A stretch of 33,489 nucleotides of DNA. It comes from Planctomycetales bacterium. GTDB lineage: Bacteria > 4484-113. Location: positions 1 through 33,489 of the forward strand of contig JBBIJQ010000023.1 of the NCBI GenBank assembly GCA_037445915.1, given 5' to 3'. Below the pieces are notes generated by a model. That model did not search any database. It worked only from the letters and a program-made list of their open reading frames with translations, and was not told the origin of the DNA. Below are positions 25,445-33,489 of this stretch, in pieces (the first letter of the stretch is position 1; every line of letters starts with the position of its first letter). The position numbers were made by a program, and so were the translations under genes.

Positions 25445-25856
25445 AAGAGATTATTAGTTCGCGATTACCATTACCATACAAAAGGAAATGCCCCCTGAAC
25501 GGGTCAAGGCCGCTAGGGCGCCTCATTGAGGTGAGAAAAATACCATTGTTGTGAACGTATAAATTCCGGTAATGCTGCCAAAGCCGGAAGCTTGGTACCC
25601 CGATAAAGCGCACGGTCACACCCTTGACATCCATCTTGTATCCAATTGGAACAAGGAGCGAAAGGGTCATTCCAAACATAAAAAGTGCCGAGACAAAAAC
25701 AAACAGCCCTAAAGCAGGGTCGCTGTAATAGCAGAAGTAAACGAGCAATACTACGGCGCAGTCAATCAAAAAGACCAGCATGGTCTTTTTGGGCTGCTCC
25801 TTCCAAGGTTGGTATCTCCAAATAATAGGCTCTAACTGAGCCTGTCCTGCTTCCAT
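25413..25856 (-). CDS. Hypothetical membrane protein (two TM helices plus a beta-rich soluble tail)
   Basis: Two hydrophobic segments, then YKMDVKGV...GIFLTSMRRPSGLDPFRG; start ATG 25856 chosen because TATAAT lies 10 nt upstream. Confidence 0.75.
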   Translation of the reverse strand: MEAGQAQLEPIIWRYQPWKEQPKKTMLVFLIDCAVVLLVYFCYYSDPALGLFVFVSALFMFGMTLSLLVPIGYKMDVKGVTVRFIGVPSFRLWQHYRNLYVHNNGIFLTSMRRPSGLDPFRGHFLLYGNGNRELIISYAKRFIKPEA

Positions 25857-25866
25857 AGACGCGCAT

Positions 25867-25895
25867 ATTATAGACCCTACAGGCTGTCCATCCAA
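25867..25895 (-). promoter_or_regulatory. Promoter of the glmL-like cluster
   Basis: Minus strand TTGGAT, 17-nt spacer, TATAAT (25872-25867). Confidence 0.55.
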
Positions 25896-25920
25896 TGCTG
25901 GCTATTTTCTTAGTTACTTG

Positions 25921-25929
25921 TGCTAGACT
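25921..25929 (+). promoter_or_regulatory. Extended -10 promoter (TGcTAGACT) of the histidine kinase
   Basis: Ends 15 nt before ATG 25945; divergent from the glmL-cluster promoter. Confidence 0.5.
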
Positions 25930-25944
25930 CTGAAAGGGAAAGGA

Positions 25945-28566
25945 ATGCGCGCACGCGTTCTCGTTTCAATTCTGCTTTTGCTGGGGCTGATGCTGGCGGC
26001 CTTGGTCTACTACGGCCATCGATTTGTTGAAGAAAGCGTTTTTGAGCAGTATTTGGATCTGCAGACTAGCACAAGTGAGATGGTTTCCAACGTATTCGCC
26101 AAGTTCATTGATTATTCCATCCGCGACCTTCAAGTCCTAGCGAAAGATAGGGATATCATTGACTTGAATGAAGCTGGCAAAGCAAAACTCCAGGGGCTGC
26201 CATCAGTGATTGGCGGCTTCGTGGGGAGCGTTACCCGCGTAGATGCAGAATTGCGTATTGAGTATACATACCCGGAGAATACTGGCGTTATCGGAAAATA
26301 CGTTGGTGACCAGCCCCATAACAAGCTTCTACTGAAGGAGATGAAACCTGTAATCGGCAAGCCTTTCCTGGCAGTCCAAGGTTATCGCGCCCTTCCGCTC
26401 TGCCAGCCTATTTTCAAAGGTGGCCGTTTCGATGGGGCACTGACTTTACTGCTGCGAGTGGATTGGTTAGATCAAGTATTTTGGAAGCCGTTACGGCTTG
26501 TAGGTGACGATGGCATTGCCGTTTTGCTGGATAGCGACGGAGTAGTCTTCTGGTCGCAAGGATTTCCTGTAGTTGGGACAAGCTTTGCTCAAGGCTCAAA
26601 GGCGGCAAAGGAATACGAACAGCTTGCTGCAAGCTTAGCTATGCCCACTAGCGAGCTTCCGCTCTCGTTTCGGACGAAACTGCCTGGGAAGTCTGGGAAT
26701 TGGGTCGTCGCTGTAAATAGCATCCCTCTAAGCGGCCAGAACTGGCATCTCCTCAGCGGAATTCGCGACGAAGCCCTCACAGCTTCGGTTGCGACTTACC
26801 GCACGATTGTCCTCGCCAGCGCAGCTATCGTCGTCTTCTTAGGGCTGCTGGCAGGCATGTATTTTATTGAGACGCGCAAGCAGTTTCTAGCTGCTGCGGA
26901 ACGTGCGCGGTTGGCTGACCACTTTGAAGCTGACTTGCAGAAGCGTACTGAGGAGCTAGCCTGCGCTAAAGAAGAGATTGAAAAGCATGCCCGCAGCCTG
27001 GAATTGGTCGTGGCGGAGAATACAGTCCGGCTCCGTGAAAGCGAGGAGCTCTTCCGCCAGTTAGTAGACAATGTTACTACTATAATTTTCCTCCTTGATA
27101 AGAGCAAGCTGAGTTATGCGAATCCAGCGTTTCTGCACTCTCTGAAAATGCCTGAGGAGAGTTCCGCGCTGTATCTTGGCAGGGAGTTTGTAACACTAGT
27201 TAAGCCGGATTCTAAAATTACACTCCTCAACGCTTTTTCAACGCTTGCTCAAGGGGTAAATACAGTTGAAGTTACAGGGCTGGAGCTATTGACGGCCGAT
27301 AAGGAGACGAGAGTCTGGGATGGTTCCGTGAAGCGCCTTGAAACCTGGAAACGCGATATGTTCCTTTGCTTTTTCCGTGATGTGACGGAACATAGGCATA
27401 TAGAGCACCAGGTACTTCAGTCTCAGAAGCTTGAGAGCGTTGGCCGTCTTGCAGGCGGCATCGCCCACGACTTTAATAACATCTTGGCTGGGATATTCGG
27501 CAATTTAGCGCTGCTCCGTGAGCAGGTAGGCGCTTCTAGCCTAACTGAAGACATGAAAGAGTTGTTTGAAACGATTGAGACAGCTGCCAGGCGCGCGGCA
27601 GACCTCACGCGCAAATTACTCGTCTTCAGCCGCAAAGAAAGCGAAGACCGCAAGTTAGTGGACTTGAAGCATTCTATAGATGAAGTAACGGCGCTTTTGA
27701 AAACCACGCTGCCACGGAATATCTTATTCACTCATTCTGTGGAGAAAGAGCCGTTGCGGATTATGGGCAATCCCACAGAGATTCAACAGGTCTTGCTTAA
27801 CTTGTGCACCAACGCAATAGATTCAATGCCTAACGGCGGGAAGCTGCAGGTGATTGCGGCTAGGGTAAAGCCAGAGGAAGAACAGCACTTGCCGCTCAGC
27901 CCTTTGTCCGAAAAAGGATATGCCCGCATACGTGTAGTTGATACTGGTGGGGGCATAAGTCCACAGACGATTGATAAGATATTTGAGCCTTTCTTCACTA
28001 CGAAAGAAGCAGGGAAAGGTACAGGCTTAGGACTCGCAATCGCTTACCATATTATTACTAAACTAAGCGGTACTATTGAAGTAGATTCAGATTGGGGGCG
28101 AGGCAGTGTTTTCACGCTTTACTTGCCATTAGTAGGCGATGTTGAAGTTGTTTCAGAGAGTGGGGCGGACTATGAGTATCCCGACTTTTCAAAGGCGAAG
28201 CCAATCCTCGTAGTTGACGATGAGGAGATGATTACCCGCCCGATTCAGCAGTTCTTTGGGAAATATGGGTTAAGGGTGCTTATCGCGCATGACGGGGTTG
28301 AAGCCATAGAAGTATTCAAGAGTCACCAGCATGAGATTGGGTTGGTGCTGATAGACTTGAGAATGCCCCGGCTAACCGGGTCCGAAGCCTTTTCTCTTAT
28401 CCACCAGCTTAACTCCGCAACCGTCGGGATTTTGATGACCGGCTTCGGAGAAGAGATGACCAACTTGGATTTCCTCCGTATTGGGTTTTCGGAAGTCATC
28501 CAGAAGCCTTATAGGTTTGAAGACCTTTCGCGCCTGTTTGAACGCTACTTGCTATTGCAGCGCTAG
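25945..28566 (+). CDS. Hybrid sensor histidine kinase/response regulator (TM, Cache-like, TM, PAS, HisKA, HATPase, REC)
   Basis: QKLESVGRLAGGIAHDFNN, QVLLNLCTNA, DTGGGI, FEPFFTTK..GKGTGLGL, ILVVDDE...IDLRMP...KPY. Confidence 0.95.
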   Translation: MRARVLVSILLLLGLMLAALVYYGHRFVEESVFEQYLDLQTSTSEMVSNVFAKFIDYSIRDLQVLAKDRDIIDLNEAGKAKLQGLPSVIGGFVGSVTRVDAELRIEYTYPENTGVIGKYVGDQPHNKLLLKEMKPVIGKPFLAVQGYRALPLCQPIFKGGRFDGALTLLLRVDWLDQVFWKPLRLVGDDGIAVLLDSDGVVFWSQGFPVVGTSFAQGSKAAKEYEQLAASLAMPTSELPLSFRTKLPGKSGNWVVAVNSIPLSGQNWHLLSGIRDEALTASVATYRTIVLASAAIVVFLGLLAGMYFIETRKQFLAAAERARLADHFEADLQKRTEELACAKEEIEKHARSLELVVAENTVRLRESEELFRQLVDNVTTIIFLLDKSKLSYANPAFLHSLKMPEESSALYLGREFVTLVKPDSKITLLNAFSTLAQGVNTVEVTGLELLTADKETRVWDGSVKRLETWKRDMFLCFFRDVTEHRHIEHQVLQSQKLESVGRLAGGIAHDFNNILAGIFGNLALLREQVGASSLTEDMKELFETIETAARRAADLTRKLLVFSRKESEDRKLVDLKHSIDEVTALLKTTLPRNILFTHSVEKEPLRIMGNPTEIQQVLLNLCTNAIDSMPNGGKLQVIAARVKPEEEQHLPLSPLSEKGYARIRVVDTGGGISPQTIDKIFEPFFTTKEAGKGTGLGLAIAYHIITKLSGTIEVDSDWGRGSVFTLYLPLVGDVEVVSESGADYEYPDFSKAKPILVVDDEEMITRPIQQFFGKYGLRVLIAHDGVEAIEVFKSHQHEIGLVLIDLRMPRLTGSEAFSLIHQLNSATVGILMTGFGEEMTNLDFLRIGFSEVIQKPYRFEDLSRLFERYLLLQR

Positions 28567-28811
28567 AAGTGAATCCTGAGATCAAGAGGGTCGTGCGTAG
28601 TCTTGTAAACTCCCTGCGCCCATACGCAGTTCCGGCCTTCCTCCAGGCAAAGCGGGGCATTGGGGCACTCCACTTCAGTAGGCCCAGACTTGCGCGGCAT
28701 CAGCAAGCCGCCAATGCCGGTCAGCAGAGGGTCTCTGTGCGTGATGAGAACCTCAACATCTCTGCCGATTAGCTTGCAGAACCTTGTTTCTGTGTTAGTA
28801 AAAGTGAGCAT
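28563..28811 (-). CDS. Small hypothetical protein with four Cys
   Basis: 82-aa ORF filling the gap, convergent 4-nt overlap with the kinase stop, strong promoter upstream. Confidence 0.55.
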   Translation of the reverse strand: MLTFTNTETRFCKLIGRDVEVLITHRDPLLTGIGGLLMPRKSGPTEVECPNAPLCLEEGRNCVWAQGVYKTTHDPLDLRIHF

Positions 28812-28848
28812 CGGTCTTCTTCTCTAGAGAATCGCCGCTCCATGTGCG

Positions 28849-28877
28849 ATTATACATAAGACGAATGCGAAATTCAA
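28849..28877 (-). promoter_or_regulatory. Sigma70-type promoter
   Basis: Minus strand TTGAAT (28877-28872), 17-nt spacer, TATAAT (28854-28849). Confidence 0.7.
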
Positions 28878-28969
28878 CGCAAAGTTGGAACTGAGCAACT
28901 ACTCAGCCCTGTCGCGCATAAATAGCGCGCCATTCCAAATAGCCACTTCCAACGATGCCTGGTTGATAG

Positions 28970-29512
28970 CTATTTCCGCGCCAGCTCACGTCCATACTCA
29001 AATGCGCGCTCGTTAAGCTCGCGATAGTGCTTGGGCACTCGCGTAACTAGTACCGCGCACAGCGTATCTGCAGTCACAATCGGATTCCGCTCTGCGAAAA
29101 AGCCTAGCGCGATAACATTCGCCACTAGCGCTTTGCCAAATTGGTTGGAAGCATCCTCAGTTATTGGAAATGAAGCAACTTGGCCGTGGATGCCTTGTGG
29201 GACTTTCTCCACCCACGTAGTGTCAAAGAGCACAATGCCGCCCGGACGGACCTCCTGTGCGTACTTGTCTGCGGCCACTTGGGTTAGCGCTATGACAAAA
29301 TCAGGTTCTGTTACCGCAGGATAGTCTATTTGCGAGCCAGAAAGCACAACTTCGCTGCGGCTAGCGCCGCCGCGGCTTTCAGGGCCGTAGCTAGCGGTCT
29401 GGACAACTTGAAGCCCTTGGGCGATGCCAGCTTCAGCAATAATCAGGCCTGCAAGGATAATCCCTTGGCCGCCGGAGCCAGAAACTAAAACTTCATATCT
29501 TTCTGGGTTCAT
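28970..29512 (-). CDS. korC: 2-oxoacid:ferredoxin oxidoreductase gamma subunit
   Basis: SGSGGQGIILAG, SYGPESRGGASRSEV, ANVIALG, LNERAFEYG. Confidence 0.92.
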   Translation of the reverse strand: MNPERYEVLVSGSGGQGIILAGLIIAEAGIAQGLQVVQTASYGPESRGGASRSEVVLSGSQIDYPAVTEPDFVIALTQVAADKYAQEVRPGGIVLFDTTWVEKVPQGIHGQVASFPITEDASNQFGKALVANVIALGFFAERNPIVTADTLCAVLVTRVPKHYRELNERAFEYGRELARK

Positions 29513-29520
29513 ATTTGACC

Positions 29521-30348
29521 CTACCTCCCAACGCCAAGCTTTGCCTTCGCTACGGTTAGGCGGGATAGCTCAGTGTATTCAGTCTTGGAGTTGTCTTCCC
29601 AAAGCTTCCCGATGTAGAACTGGGCGTCAGCCAGAGGCCGTGGGTTTTCCGGGTTGAAATGGACTGCATTTTTCTTATACCAGCGAAGGCTTGATGGTGC
29701 GTCTTGCTGCTGATTAAACCGGCCGTAGTAAGTAGGACATTGGAAGTAGTACTCAAGAAAAGCAAAACCCTTATGCTGTATTGCCTCAGCGATTAACTTC
29801 GTAGCCTGAGCGTAATGGTAAACCGTCGTGCGGGCAACGTAGGTAGCGCCGGCACTCCGCACCATATCGCACAACTCAAAAACATGCTCCACATTTCCAT
29901 ACGGGCTTGTTGAAGCGTAAGCGCCGTGCGGAGTCATCGGCGACACTTGGCCGCTCGTCATGCCGTAGTTGTTGTTGTTGAGCAGCATCACTGTCAAGTC
30001 AATGTTGCGTCGGGCGGCATGTATTAGGTGGTTGCCGCCTATGGCAGCTCCGTCTCCGTCGCCCGTAACCACTACGACCGTCAGATCTGGGTTAGCCAAC
30101 TTAATGCCAGTTGCGACAGCTATCGGACGGCCATGCGTCGTATGGACTGTGTTAGCATCTACGTAAACTGACACGCGCGACGAGCACCCGATGCCAGAAA
30201 CGACGACAAGCTTATTGAAATCAACATCCAAATCTGAAAGCGCTTTGATAAACGTCCGCATGCACGTTCCAATGCCGCAGCCAGAACACCAAATTGTAGG
30301 AAGCACCCGCTGGCGAATGTACTTCTTGACGAAGGGCTCTATTGGCAT
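29521..30348 (-). CDS. korB: 2-oxoacid:ferredoxin oxidoreductase beta (TPP-binding) subunit
   Basis: WCSGCG, SGIGCS, HTTHGR, GDGDG..IGGNH, NNNNYGMTSGQ, QCPT. Confidence 0.94.
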   Translation of the reverse strand: MPIEPFVKKYIRQRVLPTIWCSGCGIGTCMRTFIKALSDLDVDFNKLVVVSGIGCSSRVSVYVDANTVHTTHGRPIAVATGIKLANPDLTVVVVTGDGDGAAIGGNHLIHAARRNIDLTVMLLNNNNYGMTSGQVSPMTPHGAYASTSPYGNVEHVFELCDMVRSAGATYVARTTVYHYAQATKLIAEAIQHKGFAFLEYYFQCPTYYGRFNQQQDAPSSLRWYKKNAVHFNPENPRPLADAQFYIGKLWEDNSKTEYTELSRLTVAKAKLGVGR

Positions 30349-31484
30349 TAGCGAAGCACCTCATCAACTCGTTGCATAATACGTTTGAGGGATAGCATTG
30401 TTCCATCCACGCGGTTAATACCGATTATCTTTTTATCGCGGGGCGAAAGGCTTTCAATGATGGATCTCATTTGGCCAAGATTCAGCTCAGGGACGATTAT
30501 CGTGCTGACACGTTCGGCAATTTGCTTGAACCGCTTCTCAGGGAAAGGCCAGACTATTTTGGGGCGGAAATAGCCGGCTTTGACTCCGCGGGCGCGAAGC
30601 GCTCGCGCGACACGCTGGCATGCGCGCGCTGTAACGCCAAAGGAGACTAAAAGGACTTCTGCGTCGCCGCAGTTTTCCTCTTCGTAATCAGTTAAGTACT
30701 TGATATTCCGCTCTATCTTGGAGCATAGACCGGTTGTGAATGCGTGCAGCTTATCGGGCACGCCTGTAAAGAAACCGGTTTCATCGTGCGACAGCCCTGT
30801 ATAGTGTGACCGAAAACCTGTCCCGATTACAGGAGGGTGGGCTATGCCCTTCTCGTCCCGCTTAAAGAAGAGGTAGTCGTCGTACCGGGCTGGGCGCTCA
30901 CGTTCCTCTAGAGCAATTTCGCCCGGCTCAGGAACGTACACAGCTTCGCGGATGTGACCAACAACGGCTTCAGGCAATAGGACAACAGGGATGCGAAGCT
31001 TCTCTGAAATGTTGAATGCTTGGACAGTGTGGTCAAACATCTCCTGGGAAGAGGCTGGGGCAAGTGCGACGATGGGATGGTCGCTATGGGTTCCCCACCT
31101 GGTTTGCATCAAATCGCCTTGGCCTGTGCCTGTCGGCTGCCCGGTGGATGCGCCGCTACGCATCACATTTACGATAACCAACGGCGTTTCAGTGACTATT
31201 GCCAGCCCTATGTTTTCCTGCATGAGGCTAAAGCCAGGGCCGCTGGTAGAAGTCATAGACTTCACGCCAGCCATGCTAGCTCCGATGATGGCGGAAATGG
31301 AGGCTATTTCGTCCTCCAACTGGATGAATGTGCCGCCGACAATCGGCATCTTAAGCGCGCAGTGTTCTGCTATCTCGGTGCTGGGGGTTATGGGATATGC
31401 GCCGAAGAATCGGCAGCCAGCATAAATTCCCCCAATAGCGCAGGCTTCATTACCCTGTAATAACTGAGTTGTGCCCGCCATCAT
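30348..31484 (-). CDS. korA: 2-oxoacid:ferredoxin oxidoreductase alpha subunit
   Basis: GNEACAIG, YPITPSTE, QLEDEIAS, TSGPGFSLMQE, ELNLGQ. Confidence 0.94.
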   Translation of the reverse strand: MMAGTTQLLQGNEACAIGGIYAGCRFFGAYPITPSTEIAEHCALKMPIVGGTFIQLEDEIASISAIIGASMAGVKSMTSTSGPGFSLMQENIGLAIVTETPLVIVNVMRSGASTGQPTGTGQGDLMQTRWGTHSDHPIVALAPASSQEMFDHTVQAFNISEKLRIPVVLLPEAVVGHIREAVYVPEPGEIALEERERPARYDDYLFFKRDEKGIAHPPVIGTGFRSHYTGLSHDETGFFTGVPDKLHAFTTGLCSKIERNIKYLTDYEEENCGDAEVLLVSFGVTARACQRVARALRARGVKAGYFRPKIVWPFPEKRFKQIAERVSTIIVPELNLGQMRSIIESLSPRDKKIIGINRVDGTMLSLKRIMQRVDEVLR

Positions 31485-31789
31485 CTGCCCTCGCTCTCCG
31501 CTATCAGCTCGGCCTCTGGGTGAGGCTTGGCCGTACCGGATGACTTAGTGATGCAGATAGCGAAATCAGGACATCTTTGCACGCAAATCATGCAGCTTGT
31601 GCAGCTTTCTATCCGGGTCGGGACCGGTTGTCCGAGCGCCGAAATGTCGTAGACCTCTTTCGGACAGAAAGATATGCAGATTGTGCATCCTTTACACCAG
31701 TCATAGTTAACATATATCGACTGGTCGTCCTTGCCTATGGGGTATTCAACGGCCCCTTCTTCTTTAAGTTTGAGTCGGGTTACGCTCAT
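31481..31789 (-). CDS. korD: 2-oxoacid:ferredoxin oxidoreductase delta (2[4Fe-4S]) subunit
   Basis: WCKGCTICISFCP and CTSCMICVQRCPDFAI; start ATG 31789 after GAGGAG. Confidence 0.9.
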   Translation of the reverse strand: MSVTRLKLKEEGAVEYPIGKDDQSIYVNYDWCKGCTICISFCPKEVYDISALGQPVPTRIESCTSCMICVQRCPDFAICITKSSGTAKPHPEAELIAESEGR

Positions 31790-31892
31790 TGTGATAAAAA
31801 CTCCTCGTCGGGTACATTGGCGCTTACTACAATGCTGCCGGTGCAGCGCAATAGTTAAGCAGGTCACAAAGTAGCCCGCGTAGGTTGGCGGG

Positions 31893-31920
31893 ATTATACC
31901 CTATAAGGGATAAATATCAA
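31893..31920 (-). promoter_or_regulatory. Promoter of the kor operon, overlapping the end of the upstream gene
   Basis: Minus strand TTGATA (31920-31915), 16-nt spacer, TATAAT (31898-31893). Confidence 0.6.
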
Positions 31921-32974
31921 GTCGGTAGGGAAGCTGACCGGAAGGCATCTCTAACAGCCCTGCATCACTAAGCATCTGCCGGATTTCCAGCTTCGTTAGC
32001 AGCGCTTGAGGTTCAGTCCGCAAGCTATTGTCGTTGAAAGGTAATTGGCGTATGGAATTCAGCACGCCTGACACAGGAATCCGCAGGTAGTCAGGTAGTT
32101 CAATCGCACACATTGCCTCGTTATCAGTTATCAGTTCTTCACTTATTCTTTCGCCAGGATGAAGGCCGATAGTCTCAACTTCTATCCTGCTAGGATCATA
32201 GCCAAAAAGCGGGGCTAGTTCATCAACTAAAACGTCGATGAGGTCTGCGACAAGCAGCGGGCGCATTTTTATGACGTACACATCCCCGCCTTCGCTTTCA
32301 GAGGCGGCTTTTAGGCACAGCTTCACAGCATCTGCGGCCGCCATGAAAAATCGTTTCATTTCAGGATGCGTAAGCGTTACCGGCCCTCCGTTGCGTATCT
32401 GATCGATAAACAGCGGTATGGCAGATCCATGGCTGGCAAGGACATTTCCTAAGCGCACTACGGTGAAAAGCGTTCTATGGTTGCCCCGGTAATTCGCAGC
32501 ATTCGCGACTAAGCGTTCTGCAAGCAATTTCGTAGCGCCCATTGTGTTAGTAGGCGAGACAGCCTTGTCAGTGCTGATAGAGATGAACCGTTCTATACTG
32601 TGGGCAAGGGCGGCATCTAGTGCGTTCTGTGTGCCTATAACGTTGGTCTTCACAGCTTCAAAAGGGTTGTACTCGCAAGCCTTGACGTGCTTGAGGGCGG
32701 CCGCGTGAAACATCACATCCACGCCTTCGGCTGCGAGTATAAGGCGCTCTTTGTCGCGAACATCGCCGATGAAAAAACGGACATTGTTGTGCGCGCTTAA
32801 ACGCTGGGACATTAGATACTGGTTATACTCGTTGCGCGAAAAAATGCGGATGGTCGCTGGTTCGTATTCCAGGATTTGGCGCACAATCTCCTGGCCGATG
32901 CTTCCCGAACCTCCGATCACAAGAATGCGCTTTCCACGAAGCATTCGTTCAATGCTGCTATTCGTAGTATTCAT
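31901..32974 (-). CDS. UDP-N-acetylglucosamine 4,6-dehydratase family (PseB/CapD-like) SDR
   Basis: GGSGSIG, FFIGDVRD, FHAAALKHV..CEYNPFEAVKTN, STDKAVSPTNTMGATK, RLGNVLASHGS; ATGA overlap with the upstream gene. Confidence 0.92.
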   Translation of the reverse strand: MNTTNSSIERMLRGKRILVIGGSGSIGQEIVRQILEYEPATIRIFSRNEYNQYLMSQRLSAHNNVRFFIGDVRDKERLILAAEGVDVMFHAAALKHVKACEYNPFEAVKTNVIGTQNALDAALAHSIERFISISTDKAVSPTNTMGATKLLAERLVANAANYRGNHRTLFTVVRLGNVLASHGSAIPLFIDQIRNGGPVTLTHPEMKRFFMAAADAVKLCLKAASESEGGDVYVIKMRPLLVADLIDVLVDELAPLFGYDPSRIEVETIGLHPGERISEELITDNEAMCAIELPDYLRIPVSGVLNSIRQLPFNDNSLRTEPQALLTKLEIRQMLSDAGLLEMPSGQLPYRLDIYPL

Positions 32975-33489
32975 ATGCCTTCCAGCATATCCCAAAAGAG
33001 CATCTCGCCTGCGCCTGCGTCAACTTTGAGCTTATGGCCTACAACTTCAAAAATCTGGCTCACAGGTATTCCATTGCCGGGGCGAAGGGCGGTGAGAGAG
33101 TCCGGTGTGAGAATGTCGCCCTTATGCAGGTTACGGGTCGTAAAGATGCTGCGTCGCCCGGCAAGGGCCATTTGATACTCGCATGCTTGAGGGACCTTCC
33201 TTCCATCTCCCAGCGCGATTGAGATTATGTCTATCCCTCGCCGCAGTTCCAACATCTCTCTAGGTTCTGCGGAACTTGGAATATCCGGACCTAGCTGCTT
33301 CTTGTCCAATGTAAAGTGTTTCTCAATTACAGTAGCTCCGAGGGCGACTGCCGCAAGGCAAGCTTCAATCCCGATTGTGTGGTCAGAATAGCCGATAGGC
33401 ACGTCAAACGTGTTTGCTAGCGTCCTGATGGCTAGCAGATTCGCACATTCATAAGGCGTCGGATACAGGCTGACCGAGTGCAGTAAAGT
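32971..33489 (-). CDS. NeuB/PseI/SpsE-family nonulosonic acid synthase with C-terminal SAF domain (5' part outside the window)
   Basis: Frame open to the window edge: TLLHSVSLYPTP...GYSDHTIG...IEKHFTLDK...RRSI...LRPGNGI. Confidence 0.93.
   Translation of the reverse strand, partial: TLLHSVSLYPTPYECANLLAIRTLANTFDVPIGYSDHTIGIEACLAAVALGATVIEKHFTLDKKQLGPDIPSSAEPREMLELRRGIDIISIALGDGRKVPQACEYQMALAGRRSIFTTRNLHKGDILTPDSLTALRPGNGIPVSQIFEVVGHKLKVDAGAGEMLFWDMLEGI

Overview
Gene-dense window from an anaerobic bacterium (roughly 50% GC by eye; lineage cannot be assigned from sequence alone). Left to right: partial hypB behind two envelope-protein genes (minus strand); a 6S RNA with a near-consensus sigma70 promoter; a cysteine-free thioredoxin-fold gene coupled to iscS; a NuoE/NuoF (HydC/HydB-type) pair with no alpha subunit beside it; an hdrCBA-mvhDGA cluster plus maturation protease, in which HdrA carries a degenerate GltD/NfnB-like insert; a large modular lipoprotein; rodA; a minus-strand cluster built around a long GlmL/MutL-like ASKHA ATPase with no B12 mutase in the window; a hybrid histidine kinase; a four-subunit 2-oxoacid:ferredoxin oxidoreductase; and the end of a nonulosonic-acid sugar locus. 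No rRNA, tRNA, CRISPR array or mobile element was seen. Best candidates for something undescribed: the orphan GlmL-like operon, the HydBC plus Hdr-Mvh assembly with its eroded HdrA insert and structured leader, and the redox-dead thioredoxin. All family calls come from motif recognition, not database searches.
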